Below are positions 38,937 through 49,087 of a DNA stretch of 59,607 nucleotides, piece after piece. The translations under genes were made by a program, and so were the position numbers. The DNA lies in NCBI GenBank assembly GCA_018385275.1, contig JAHAZM010000034.1, positions 1 to 59,607 of the forward strand, written 5' to 3'. The stretch is from Eubacteriales bacterium (lineage in GTDB: Bacteria > Bacillota > Clostridia > Christensenellales > MB2-83). Under the pieces are notes generated by a model, which ran no database searches, was not told where the DNA came from, and saw nothing but the letters and a program-made list of their open reading frames with translations. How positions within the stretch are numbered: the first letter of the stretch is position 1; each line of letters starts with the position of its first letter.

Positions 38937-40210
38937 GGATCCCGAAATATGTCTCCGCGATCTGCGGCCTTCTCCTGCTGGCTCTCTGTCTGACGAACTG
39001 TGCCCGACCCATTCCCCCGATGCGGACGGCCACTTCTCCGCCGACGGCCGCGCCGCGTACGCCGACGGCCGCGCCGACCGATACCCCGGCCGTTACGGAG
39101 TCAAGCCTTCCCGACGTCACCCCGACAGGCTCTCCTGTTCCGACGCCTGTTCCGACGCCTGTTTCCACCCCTGTTCCCACGCCTGTTCGGACGCCGACCG
39201 CCGTTCCCACCGGGACCCCGACGGCTTCTCCGACCGGAGAACGAAAAATGAAAGTCCGGGTCGATCCGGAAAGCTCGCTGCGCGTTCGCTCTTCCCCGAC
39301 GGCCTCGGATCAATCCAATATCATCGGCTATCTGCTGCGCGACGACGTCGTTCTGGTCATCGCTGTCGCGGACGGCTGGGCCTCCATCCGTACCGCCGAC
39401 GGCTCCAACGCCTATTGCTCGGCCGAACTGCTCTTTGACGCTCCGGCCGACGCCGTCCTTTCCGCCCTGCGGCTTTATCCGACGGCGACGCCCTCACCGA
39501 CTCCGGCTCCGACTGCCGCGCCGGGAGAATTGCCCGACGTCCCGGTCTTTTATCCGACGGCAACCGGTCCTCTGACCGGTTACGTCATCGGCGTCAATCC
39601 CGGTCATCAAGGCCGCGCCAACACCGGTCGGGAACCGGTCTCTCCCGGCTCGTCCACCACGAAGCAAAAAGTCGCCGGCGGGACCACCGGCTGTGTGAGC
39701 CGCGTCCCGGAATCCCGGATCACGCTGGATACTTCGCTCCTTCTGCGGGACAAGCTGCTCGAAGCGGGCGCGACCGTCGTGATGATCCGTACGACGCAGG
39801 ACGCGGATATTTCCAATATGACGCGGGCGCTGATCTTCAACCGCTACCGGGTGGATCTGGCCGTCAGCCTGCACTGCAACGGCACGTCGGATTCTTCGGT
39901 CAAGGGCGTTCTGATGGTGCTGCCCGCCTCCAATCCGTATCTTACCCGCTGCGATGAAGCCGCCGCGGCGATCAAAACCGCTTTTATCGCGGAAACCGGC
40001 GCCGTCTCTTCCCAGGATCTGCGCTATGACACGCTGACGACCTTCAACTGGGCCGAAACGCCTTCGGCCCTGATCGAGATGGGATTCCTGAGCAACCCGG
40101 AGGAGGACGCGCTCCTGACCGACGCAGCCTATCAGGCCAAAATGGCCAAGGGGATCTGTGACGGTATCGCCGCTTATTGCGTCAAGTACGCTCCGTTTGA
40201 CCGAGGGTGA
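38933..40210 (+). CDS. Lipoprotein N-acetylmuramoyl-L-alanine amidase (Amidase_3) with SH3b domain and Pro/Thr linkers
   Basis: Lipobox LTNC; PT-rich linkers; LRVRSSP SH3b; NPGH, SLHCN and LIEMGFLSN motifs; ATGA overlap with murB. Confidence 0.88.
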   Translation: MRIPKYVSAICGLLLLALCLTNCARPIPPMRTATSPPTAAPRTPTAAPTDTPAVTESSLPDVTPTGSPVPTPVPTPVSTPVPTPVRTPTAVPTGTPTASPTGERKMKVRVDPESSLRVRSSPTASDQSNIIGYLLRDDVVLVIAVADGWASIRTADGSNAYCSAELLFDAPADAVLSALRLYPTATPSPTPAPTAAPGELPDVPVFYPTATGPLTGYVIGVNPGHQGRANTGREPVSPGSSTTKQKVAGGTTGCVSRVPESRITLDTSLLLRDKLLEAGATVVMIRTTQDADISNMTRALIFNRYRVDLAVSLHCNGTSDSSVKGVLMVLPASNPYLTRCDEAAAAIKTAFIAETGAVSSQDLRYDTLTTFNWAETPSALIEMGFLSNPEEDALLTDAAYQAKMAKGICDGIAAYCVKYAPFDRG

Positions 40211-42557
40211 TCTTGACGCGGTGTTCGCCGCTTGATTCCAGTTTGACTTCTTCGACGGGCTTTCCGTCCACCACGATGCCGCGCACCCCGCCGTGCAGGC
40301 GATGCGGATTATAAACGGAGATTCTGTACAGCGCCGCAGCATAGCGGTATTCGATCTCATAGTTTTCCCACTCGGAGGGGATACAAGGCTGAAAAACCAG
40401 CCTATCCCCTTCTTTTTTCATGCCCAAAACCTCCTCCAGCGCCGTTTTATACATCCATCCGGCCGCGCCGGTATACCAGCTCCATCCGCCGCGTCCGGCC
40501 CGGGGACCGTCGCTCTGAACGTCGCCGCAGACGACATAGGGTTCGCGGGTGTACAGTTCGTTTTCCAGATGCGTGCGCGTGTGATTGATCGGGTTGATCA
40601 GATCCAGCATCCGCACCGCCGCGTTTCCCATCCCCATTTTGGCCAAAGCGGCGATATACCAGACCGCGGCGTGCGTATACTGACCACCGTTTTCACGGAC
40701 GCCCGGCGGATAGGCGTTGATATAACCCATCGGCTCGTCGTCCGTGTCAAAGGGCGGCCAGAACAGTCTGATCAGTCCGCGGCTTTCGTCCACCAGTTCC
40801 CGGCGGGCGGCACGCATACAGCTGACGCGTCTCTCCAGGGGCGCCGTATCGGACAGCACCGCCCAGCTCTGGGTCAGCAGGTCGATCCGGCACGCGTGCG
40901 CTTCCGGCGCGCCGACGGGTTCTCCCTTATCGGTAAAGGCGCGCAGATAATGCTCTGACGCCCACCCCGTCGAATTGATCGCCTCGGTCAGGCGACGCGC
41001 GCGGGCGCGCAGTTCTTCCCCTGTCTGCCCGGGGCAAAGCGGCGCGTAATCCGTCATGACGCGGCACAGAAACATCGCCAGCCAGACGCTTTCGCCTTTG
41101 CCGCCCGCGCCCAGGCAATCCATCGCGTCGTTCCAGTCACCCGTCCCCATCAGCGGCAGACCGTGACGACCGAGGCAATAGGCCTTGTCCAGCGCCCGGA
41201 GACAATGCTCGTGCAGCGATTCCCGCTGCTCACCGGGGACGTATTCGGTATAGCGCTCCCGCTCGTCGGGCGCCAGCGGCTCGCCTTTCAGATAAGGAAC
41301 CGGCTCGCTCAGGACCGTTTTATCGCCGGTAAAACGGACGTAAGCCGCGGTGACGTAGGGCAAAAAGACCATATCGTCGCTGATACGCGTCCGGACGCCC
41401 CGTCCCGGACGGTGCCACCAGTGCAGAACGTCTCCTTCCGGGAACTGATGCGCCGCCGCCTCCAGCAAATGCGCCCGCACCAGCGCCGGATCGTGCCACA
41501 ACAGCGCCAGACAATCCTGCAGCTGATCGCGGAAACCGATCGCGCCGCCGCATTGCCAGAGAGAAGCTTTGGCCCAAAACCGACCGTTCAGCGTCTGATA
41601 CATCAGCCAGCCGTTGAGCAGGATGTCCAGTTCCCGATCCGGGGTACGAACGGAAACCGGCGTCAGATCCACCGTATAAAAACGCGTCAGCTTTTCCCGG
41701 GCCGCGTCGAAATCGGCTCGCGGCTCCGTCTCGTCATAGCTCATCGTATAATCGAGGCTTCGGCTCTGCCCCGGCGCGAGCTCAAGCTTCGTCTCGAAAA
41801 TCAGTTCCCGCACCGCGGCCGGAGACGCGAGGCGAACTCCGTCGGCCAGCACGGTTGTCTCCGCGTTGATCTGTGAAAGGAACAGGCGTCCGGTCCTCGC
41901 GTCCGTCAGATTCGCGACCGATGCTCCGGAACCCGTACGCGTCGCTTTCAGCAGGCGGTTAGCCGTATTCACCCCGTCGCACAGCATGGGCTTTACGCGC
42001 CACACCGCCGTCAAACGCCGCATCTCGTCGGTGCGATTCGTCAGCCTCAGACGCGTATAGCGGATCGGCTCGCTCACGTCGACAAAGGTTTCCTGCTCCA
42101 ACGCCAGACCGTTTCGGGACGCGCGCCAGACCGTCGCCCCGAAGCGGTGACAGAGCGAGCCCTGTCCGCCCCCGCGGCTGACGACGGCTGTGGCGACAGC
42201 GCCGTTGTCCCGATCGACAACGAACAAGGTTTCATCCTCGGCCGCCGTCGTCGTATGGTCGCCGCAAAGTTTGAAAAGACGGGCGTTGTCCGCCCAGGTA
42301 TACGCGTGGCCGTTCTGTGTCGTGATCGTACCGAAACGACCGTTGGTCAGCACGTTCTGCCACGGAGCGGGGAAATGGGTATGGCCGTTCAGCAAACAGG
42401 TGTAGCTGCTGCCGCCGTCGGTAAAACCGCCGATGGAATTAAACAGTTCGATCGCGGGTCGTTCTTCAAGAGGAAAATCCGGGTACAGCGGTTTACGATA
42501 CTCGCACTCGGGACGGTATGCCTTGGTCGGACGGGTCGGAGGGATGGAGAACCCCTC
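40182..42557 (-). pseudogene. C-terminal GH94 phosphorylase portion of cyclic beta-1,2-glucan synthase, separated by an in-frame TGA
   Basis: Same frame as the upstream ORF; FNSIGGF, PAPWQNVLTN, QCGGAIGFRDQLQD, DWND, RENGGQYTH and GGWSWYTG; no convincing RBS/start of its own. Confidence 0.7.
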
Positions 42558-45500
42558 TCAGTCGCAGACAAGGACCGCCGCGGCGCGCAGAAAATCCGCC
42601 GTTTCCCGGTCCGTCTCGGTACCGATCAGATGCACGCCGCCGGAGACGTTGAGTTTATCCGTCAGACGGAACGCCTCTACCCGGCCGCGCAGGCGTGCGG
42701 CGGAAGAAGCGAAATATTCACCGCGGCACAGGATGACCGCGTCGGTCACGATCCCTTTGTCCGCGTAATAGAGATAAGCCTGCAGGATCTGTTCCGCCGC
42801 CAGATCGCTGTTGCCCGCGGCTTCGGCCAGCAGGATCGGGTATTCGCCTCCGATCCCGAGACCGTACAGTTTACCGACGCCGTTGTTGGCGATCAAGGGC
42901 AAATCCCGGCTCAGCAGCGGCTTATCGTTGATTCTGTGCGCCAGCGAAGCAAGGCGATCGGCCGTATACGGGCGAACGCCGAGACCCGCCAGGCGGATCG
43001 GGGCCATATCGGCGGCGGAAACGGCCGACTGACGGCAGGTTTCCTCATCGGAAAACCGGCCGGCCAACCGCGTCGCTTCTCCGGCGGTACGGGCGGCCGT
43101 AACGACGAAGAACAGCTCCCGCGTCGAACCACCCTCGAGCTCCAGATACGTTCCGACCCCGAAATCTTTCGTCCGATAGGCCGGCGCGCCCGTCAGGCGG
43201 ATCGCCGCCGCAATCGGCTTTTCGCCCCGGCGAACGCGGCGGAAAACCGCGCTGCCGCCGTCGGGCGACGGTTGGGTTTCAGACAAAAACAGCGTGCTGA
43301 AAGCCGGATGCGCCCGATAAGAGCGCGGATCATCCAGCACCGGAGAAAAGCGTTCCTCCAAGCGCAGGGAACAGGCCGACGCGGCGCGATTGGTCAAACT
43401 CAGGCGCATCACGAACGCATCCTGGCGTCCGTCCACCGCCATCTGCGCGCGGAAGCGGAGCGTCTCACCGTCGGGCGTCATTTCGAAAGCGGCGCTTTCT
43501 TCGGAAAAAACCGCCGTACAGCCTTTCATATCAGACGGCAGGAAACGGGTCGGCAAATTCAACTGCAGGCCGTCGTACCAAAGGGTCACGATCCCGTCCG
43601 TCGTGACGTGGGCCCGCAGGCGGCCGTTGGACAGCAAACAAAGGCCCTCTTCTCCTGCGCGGAGCGAGCGGCAGCGCCTCTCTTCGACGGGCACGGGGGA
43701 CGGAACCGGCGCTTCCCGGCGGCGATCCCGGACAGCAAAACCGGCGCTGTTTTCTTCAAGCAACAATCGCTGCGCCTGCAGGAAAGGATAGGAAAAGAAG
43801 TAACGGCTGATCGCGTCGGCTCCGAGGCAGTTGTCCAGCGCCAGCAGAATCATGCCCTGATGATGAGTCATATAACTGCGGATGACCGCGGCTTTGCCCG
43901 CGCCCACGCGTTCGGGCGTGCAGTCCAGGGCCTCATAAAAACCGCAGTCGCCCAGGCAACGAAGACTTTCCAGCCGCGCCAGGTTAGCCAGGCATTCCGC
44001 CGGCGCGAAAGGCAGCGCCAGAAACGTGGCGTACGGCGCCGCGACGAGATCGCATCCTTCGTCGGGACGCAGCGACAGCGAGGGGATGCCGAAGGCGCGG
44101 TACTGATAATTCAGATCGCGGTCAAAGGCAAAGTAGCCGCTTTCGGAGATCCCCCAGGGGATGCCGTGACGGCGGCCGAAACGGATCTGCTCGCGTACGA
44201 CCGTTTTCATGGTCTGCGCGAAAACGGTTTCGGGAACGGTCGGCAACACCAGCGTGGGCATCCAGTATTCAAAAGCGGTTCCGCTCCAGGACAGAAGGGC
44301 TTTACCGCCGGGGGTCTCGGTCAGAGCCGTCGAAAGACGGAACCACTGCTTCTGCGGCACGTCGCCTTTCGCGATGGCGATATAGTCGGTTTGTCTGGCT
44401 TCTCCGGCCATCAGATCATAGCAGGCGCCGTTGTCGCGGCGGACCTCGTCGGTGTTGATGCCGACCAGGAACACGCCGCGCGTCCGGCTGCGCAGAACGG
44501 AGAAATCCGTTTCGGTAAACATCGCCAAAAGCGTTTTGGACAGGGCTTCGCACCGTTTTGTGAAGGTGCGGGCCGCGCGCGCTTCGCGCTCGTCCGCGCC
44601 TGTCAGACACGTCCGCGCCGGGGGGATCTCCTCGGCCGGAGTTTCCGTGCGCAGACGAGGATACCGGGTAAGCAGCGCGTTCAGATGAGCCCTGGCGCGG
44701 TCGGCGATACGGCGATGCGCGCAGGAAGCCAGATATTCCAACGCCGTAAAGCGCTCGGCGGGCGTACGGGCTTTTTCCAAATCGCGGACGAGGGTTTCAT
44801 CCCCGAGAAGACGGGCTTCGTCCGCAAAACCGGTCAGCGCGTCCTCCGGCAGCGGGGGCCTGTCCGGCAGAGCGGCGACGGCCGCGGCCGCAACCAACAG
44901 ATAGGCGCAGAAATTTCCGCTGTCCACCGTGGAAACATACGGCGGAGACAGGACCTCCAGCGTCGAAGGGCGATACCAGTTGTACAAGTGGCCGTGCCAT
45001 TTGGGCAGCTCTCGCAGGACCCCGGCCGTTTGTTCGATCCGGTCCAGAAACGCGTCCTGGCACAGATAGCCCCGATCCAGCGCCGCAACGCAGGCCGCCA
45101 TGGTCAGGCCGATATTGGTCGGCGTCGTGCGGTCGGCCAAGCCGTCGTCGGCGCCGTTGTCCGGATAGACCTGCCAATTGTCCGGGGGCAGATGATGGAA
45201 CGCTTCCCGGTCCGTTTCTTCAAAATATCGCCAGGTCAGCGCCATGGTCATGCCGAGTTTGCGGCGCTCCGCTTCCGTCAGGTCCCGCGCGGCGCGCTCC
45301 GGTCTGCCGTCCAGGGCCAGCATCAGCAGCGGCGCCGACAGCCAGACCAGATCCAGCGGGAGCGCGAGGAAAAAGGCGGGCGCGGATATGATTGAACAAA
45401 TGAGCAAATGTGAAAATATAACGGCCAAAACCGGCGCTGTGGCCGAAACAAGGCTTTTGATCTGACTATGCTGACGCTCCGAAGCATCGGACGTGACCCA

Positions 45501-48080
45501 CTCGAGGCATTTTTTATGCGAGATCAGCACGCGGTACAGACTGCGGCCCGTCGCGTCGATCTGGTTATACGCGTAGTACGGCAACAGCAGAACGTCGACG
45601 GCGGCTTTGGCCAAATGACGAAGCGCCGCCGCCGGCGCGACGAAGATTTCCCGGAGAAACCGCAGCAGCGGCGGCAGAACCCAGACCGCGGCGGCCAGCC
45701 CAAACGACAGGAACCCGAGAGGCAGAAGCAGAGGTCCAAGCAGTAGCAGGCGTACGGTTTCAAAAGGCAGCACGGAACGACGGAGATTGTCGAAGACCTT
45801 CCATTTGGACAAGGGAGAAAGCGGATTGGGCAGGCGAGCGCCCTTTCGGTCGCAGATGCGAGGGAACAGATAACCCGCGATCTGCCAGTCGCCGCGGATC
45901 CAGCGGTTCTGGCGGCGGCTCCAGCTCATGAACGAAGACGGAAAAGAGTCGAAGAGACGCACGTCGCTGACCAGCGCGGTCCGCGTAAAGCATCCTTCGA
46001 TCAGATCGTGGCTCAGGATCAGATCGTCGGGGAACAGATCGGCCAGCACGGCATAAAAAGCCCGCGCGTCATAAAGGCCTTTGCCGCCGTAATTGGCTTC
46101 CCCCATCCCGTCCATATATAAATCGGAAGAAACCGAAGAATAGGCATCCAGACCGAACTGATCGGAAAACAGCAGAGAAAAGCGCGTCCGTACCGCGGAA
46201 CGGGCCGAAACGCCGACCCGGGGCGCAAAGATCGTATAGCCGGAAAGAACGCGCTTCCCGTCTTCGGACAAAACGGCGCGATTCATCGGATGCAGCGCCG
46301 CTCCGATCAGACGGCCGGCGCTGTCGGCCGTCAGCGCGGTATCGCTGTCCAGCGTCAGAATATAGCGCGTGCCTTTCAAACTCGCGACGTCGCCCACCGT
46401 CGTGTCATAAACGCCGCCGCTCTCGCCTTTCACGATCAAACGGGTAAAATCCATCAAAGAACCGCGCTTACGCTCCCAGGCCGAATAGACTCCGTCCGCT
46501 TCATGATAGCGACGGGCCCGCTGCAAATAAAAAAACACGTCCCCGTGACGGGCGCAGAGATCCCGGACGGCCCGGGACGCTTCGGCCCGCACCGCCTCGT
46601 CTCCCGGCGCCGTCGGAGAGGAGCTGTCCGGATAGTCGCCCAAAAGGACGAAACGGATCCCGGGCAGACAGTTCGTCAGGAAATACATCTCGAGCTTTTC
46701 GGCGGCGGCGCGCGCGTCCTTCGGTTCCGAAAGGACGGAAGGCATGATGACGACGGCGGAAGACTCCTCGGTCAGTTTATCGACTTTGATTTTGGGCAGG
46801 AAACGCGGGCGGTACCATCGGGTCAGGACCGCCTGCACAGCTCGTACGGCCAGTTCGCCGCATAGCATCAGTCCCAGTCCGAGCGCGCCGCTCCACGTCC
46901 AGAAGCCGAACGGAACGAACGGCGCCGTGAACGCGGCCGCCAGGATCAGCCAAAGCGCGACGACCGTCGTGATATAAGCCGCGGAACGGTCCCGCCTGCG
47001 CCGCCGGCGCAGGCCCAGACGGGCGCGCAGATCTTCCTCGTATCGGCCGAAGAGGATCTCGCAGACGTCGACCCCCCGTTCGTCGGCCAGCGCGACGACC
47101 GCGGCCGCGGCGGAAAGCTCGTCGGTACGGGCCTTTTCGGCCCAACGGGCAGTGCGCTTCCGGCAATAGGCGCGGCTTTCCGCGTCCATGCGTAGGTACA
47201 CGCCGCATTTTTCCGCCGCATAAAGCCGCTCGACCCCGCTGACGTCCGTGCAAAGCGTTTCCCAGTCCGCCGCCGCCGTGCCGCGCAACGTGGTGACGGC
47301 GAAAGCGATCCGACTGCGGTTCAGCGACGCGGCGTCGGCCGCCAGAACGGCCGCTTCCCGGCAGGTCGTCCCCAGCCGGCGGACCAGACGGGCGTTCTCT
47401 TCGGAAAGAGCGCGCGCCGTTTCGCATAATTCTCCGCGCAGCGGCGCGCGGAGCGGATCGCGCAGCAGACGGGCGGCGCAGCGGCGACCCTCCAACGCGC
47501 GCAGCGTATCGGCCGCGACGCGTTCCGCTTTCAGACAACAGCAAAGGCGGATCGCCGCCGGAAGCATCCACAACTCGGAATCCGTCAGCGTCTCATAAGA
47601 CGAATAGGTTTCAAGAAACCCCCGCACGACGCCGAGGTCCACGCTGCCGTCGTACTTTTCCGTCAGCAGCCAGCCCAACAGCAGCACGCGCGGGATCCCC
47701 TCCTCCGCCGGCAGGCGCACCCGGGCAAAGGAGCGGGCGGCAGCGCGCAGTTCGTCTTCAAAAAGACCGGCGTTGTCCAGGAGCCACCCGACGGCGGGCA
47801 AGGCTTCCCGTTCGGCGCGGTCGGCATCGCGAAGAGACCTCGTCTCCGTTTTCAAGCGAGCGGCGATCCGCTTGACAGGTTCACGCAATCGTATGTTCAT
47901 CTGTGCATATATATGGTTCTCAGAACCGAATTTCTCTGCAAGTTCGGTTGCAGAGTAATCCGATATGCGCAATTCGACCTCGTCGAGGCGGGTAAGCTCG
48001 CGGTGGACGCGAAAGGAGCGGAACGCAAAAAAGAGCGCCGTCAGCAAAACGGCCAGCACTGCCGAGAATAAAAAAACCAT
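42558..48080 (-). CDS. ndvB: Cyclic beta-1,2-glucan synthase (Cgs/NdvB): GT84 + cyclisation (glucoamylase-like/GH189) domain + degenerate GH94 sandwich; ends at an internal TGA
   Basis: WERKRG, LTLDSDT, GKGLYD, SHDLIEG and RWIRGDWQ (GT84); TTPTNIG, GHLYNWY, VSTVDSGN, SWSGTAFEY, WGISES and HHQGM; ATG 48080 after GAGG. Confidence 0.88.
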   Translation of the reverse strand: MVFLFSAVLAVLLTALFFAFRSFRVHRELTRLDEVELRISDYSATELAEKFGSENHIYAQMNIRLREPVKRIAARLKTETRSLRDADRAEREALPAVGWLLDNAGLFEDELRAAARSFARVRLPAEEGIPRVLLLGWLLTEKYDGSVDLGVVRGFLETYSSYETLTDSELWMLPAAIRLCCCLKAERVAADTLRALEGRRCAARLLRDPLRAPLRGELCETARALSEENARLVRRLGTTCREAAVLAADAASLNRSRIAFAVTTLRGTAAADWETLCTDVSGVERLYAAEKCGVYLRMDAESRAYCRKRTARWAEKARTDELSAAAAVVALADERGVDVCEILFGRYEEDLRARLGLRRRRRRDRSAAYITTVVALWLILAAAFTAPFVPFGFWTWSGALGLGLMLCGELAVRAVQAVLTRWYRPRFLPKIKVDKLTEESSAVVIMPSVLSEPKDARAAAEKLEMYFLTNCLPGIRFVLLGDYPDSSSPTAPGDEAVRAEASRAVRDLCARHGDVFFYLQRARRYHEADGVYSAWERKRGSLMDFTRLIVKGESGGVYDTTVGDVASLKGTRYILTLDSDTALTADSAGRLIGAALHPMNRAVLSEDGKRVLSGYTIFAPRVGVSARSAVRTRFSLLFSDQFGLDAYSSVSSDLYMDGMGEANYGGKGLYDARAFYAVLADLFPDDLILSHDLIEGCFTRTALVSDVRLFDSFPSSFMSWSRRQNRWIRGDWQIAGYLFPRICDRKGARLPNPLSPLSKWKVFDNLRRSVLPFETVRLLLLGPLLLPLGFLSFGLAAAVWVLPPLLRFLREIFVAPAAALRHLAKAAVDVLLLPYYAYNQIDATGRSLYRVLISHKKCLEWVTSDASERQHSQIKSLVSATAPVLAVIFSHLLICSIISAPAFFLALPLDLVWLSAPLLMLALDGRPERAARDLTEAERRKLGMTMALTWRYFEETDREAFHHLPPDNWQVYPDNGADDGLADRTTPTNIGLTMAACVAALDRGYLCQDAFLDRIEQTAGVLRELPKWHGHLYNWYRPSTLEVLSPPYVSTVDSGNFCAYLLVAAAAVAALPDRPPLPEDALTGFADEARLLGDETLVRDLEKARTPAERFTALEYLASCAHRRIADRARAHLNALLTRYPRLRTETPAEEIPPARTCLTGADEREARAARTFTKRCEALSKTLLAMFTETDFSVLRSRTRGVFLVGINTDEVRRDNGACYDLMAGEARQTDYIAIAKGDVPQKQWFRLSTALTETPGGKALLSWSGTAFEYWMPTLVLPTVPETVFAQTMKTVVREQIRFGRRHGIPWGISESGYFAFDRDLNYQYRAFGIPSLSLRPDEGCDLVAAPYATFLALPFAPAECLANLARLESLRCLGDCGFYEALDCTPERVGAGKAAVIRSYMTHHQGMILLALDNCLGADAISRYFFSYPFLQAQRLLLEENSAGFAVRDRRREAPVPSPVPVEERRCRSLRAGEEGLCLLSNGRLRAHVTTDGIVTLWYDGLQLNLPTRFLPSDMKGCTAVFSEESAAFEMTPDGETLRFRAQMAVDGRQDAFVMRLSLTNRAASACSLRLEERFSPVLDDPRSYRAHPAFSTLFLSETQPSPDGGSAVFRRVRRGEKPIAAAIRLTGAPAYRTKDFGVGTYLELEGGSTRELFFVVTAARTAGEATRLAGRFSDEETCRQSAVSAADMAPIRLAGLGVRPYTADRLASLAHRINDKPLLSRDLPLIANNGVGKLYGLGIGGEYPILLAEAAGNSDLAAEQILQAYLYYADKGIVTDAVILCRGEYFASSAARLRGRVEAFRLTDKLNVSGGVHLIGTETDRETADFLRAAAVLVCD

Positions 48081-48210
48081 AATTCGCCTCACTGATCTTT
48101 TTTCTCAGTATTTGCTCTTTTAAGGTCGTTTTATCCGCAAAATTATTTGACCCGGCGACGGCGGCTGTGCTACACTGATACCATCAAACGAGAAAGGTCC
48201 GACCGATCCC

Positions 48211-49083
48211 ATGGATAAATTCGCAAAAAGATTTTTCGCGCTGTTTTGTCTGTTTCTGTGCGCGATCCTGCTGAGCGCGTGCGCGCTGCTTCCGATCTTC
48301 ACGCCGACGCCCGTTCCGACGCTCGTCCCGATCGACGGCATCCCGGCTTACAGCGGAGAGCCCTACGTCACGCTTAACGGCGGCGTGCCGGATTTCACCG
48401 AAGCGGACATGGCGCTGGCGCCGTTCGAAAGCTATTCGCCTCTGGACAGTCTTGGGCGGTGCGGCCCGGCTTTTGCCTGCATCAGCCGTGAACTGATGCC
48501 GACCGAACCGCGGGAAAGCATCTACTCTGTCAAGCCCACCGGCTGGCACAGCGTCACCTACGACTGCGTCGATCAGGGATCGCTCTACAACCGCTGTCAC
48601 CTGATCGCGTTCCAGCTGACGGGAGAAAACGCCAACGCGTTCAATCTTATCACCGGCACCCGGTATTTCAACGCCGTGGGGATGCAGCCGTTCGAAGAAA
48701 GAGTCGGCGCGTATATCCGCTCCACGGGGCATCGGGTGCTGTACAGGGTCACGCCTGTTTTTGAAGGGAACGAGCTGGTGTGCCGCGGGGTCCGCATCGA
48801 AGCGGCTTCCGTAGAAGACGCGACGATCCGTATCCACGTTTTCGTTTACAACGTTCAGCCCCTCATCGCCATCGACTACGCCACGGGCGCGAGCTATCAA
48901 CTGACGCCGTCCGGCGAAGAAGTGATCGTCGAATACGTGCTCAACACGGGAAACAAGAAGTTTCACCTCCCCAGCTGCGAATCGTGCCAAAAAATAAGCG
49001 AGTCCAATCGCGGTCATTACCGCGGGACTCGCAGCGCGCTCCTGCAGCAGGGCTACACGCCCTGCGGAGCTTGTCGTCCGTAA
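48211..49083 (+). CDS. Lipoprotein DNA/RNA non-specific endonuclease (DNA-entry type) with C-terminal Cys/His metal-binding domain
   Basis: Lipobox LSAC; LDSLGRCG, PTGW, YNRCHLI, NLITGTRYFN, YRVTP and YNVQP; C-terminal KKFHLPSC..GYTPC..C; promoter TTGACC-N18-TACACT at 48147-48176. Confidence 0.9.
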   Translation: MDKFAKRFFALFCLFLCAILLSACALLPIFTPTPVPTLVPIDGIPAYSGEPYVTLNGGVPDFTEADMALAPFESYSPLDSLGRCGPAFACISRELMPTEPRESIYSVKPTGWHSVTYDCVDQGSLYNRCHLIAFQLTGENANAFNLITGTRYFNAVGMQPFEERVGAYIRSTGHRVLYRVTPVFEGNELVCRGVRIEAASVEDATIRIHVFVYNVQPLIAIDYATGASYQLTPSGEEVIVEYVLNTGNKKFHLPSCESCQKISESNRGHYRGTRSALLQQGYTPCGACRP

Positions 49084-49087
49084 CGGA

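Noticed and set aside
42558-42560. Selenocysteine or genome-wide TGA reassignment as the explanation for the in-frame TGA
   Set aside because: Many genes here end at TGA, including ATGA/TGATG overlaps; the site is a linker rather than a redox motif; the hairpin abuts the codon and lacks a SECIS-like G-containing loop
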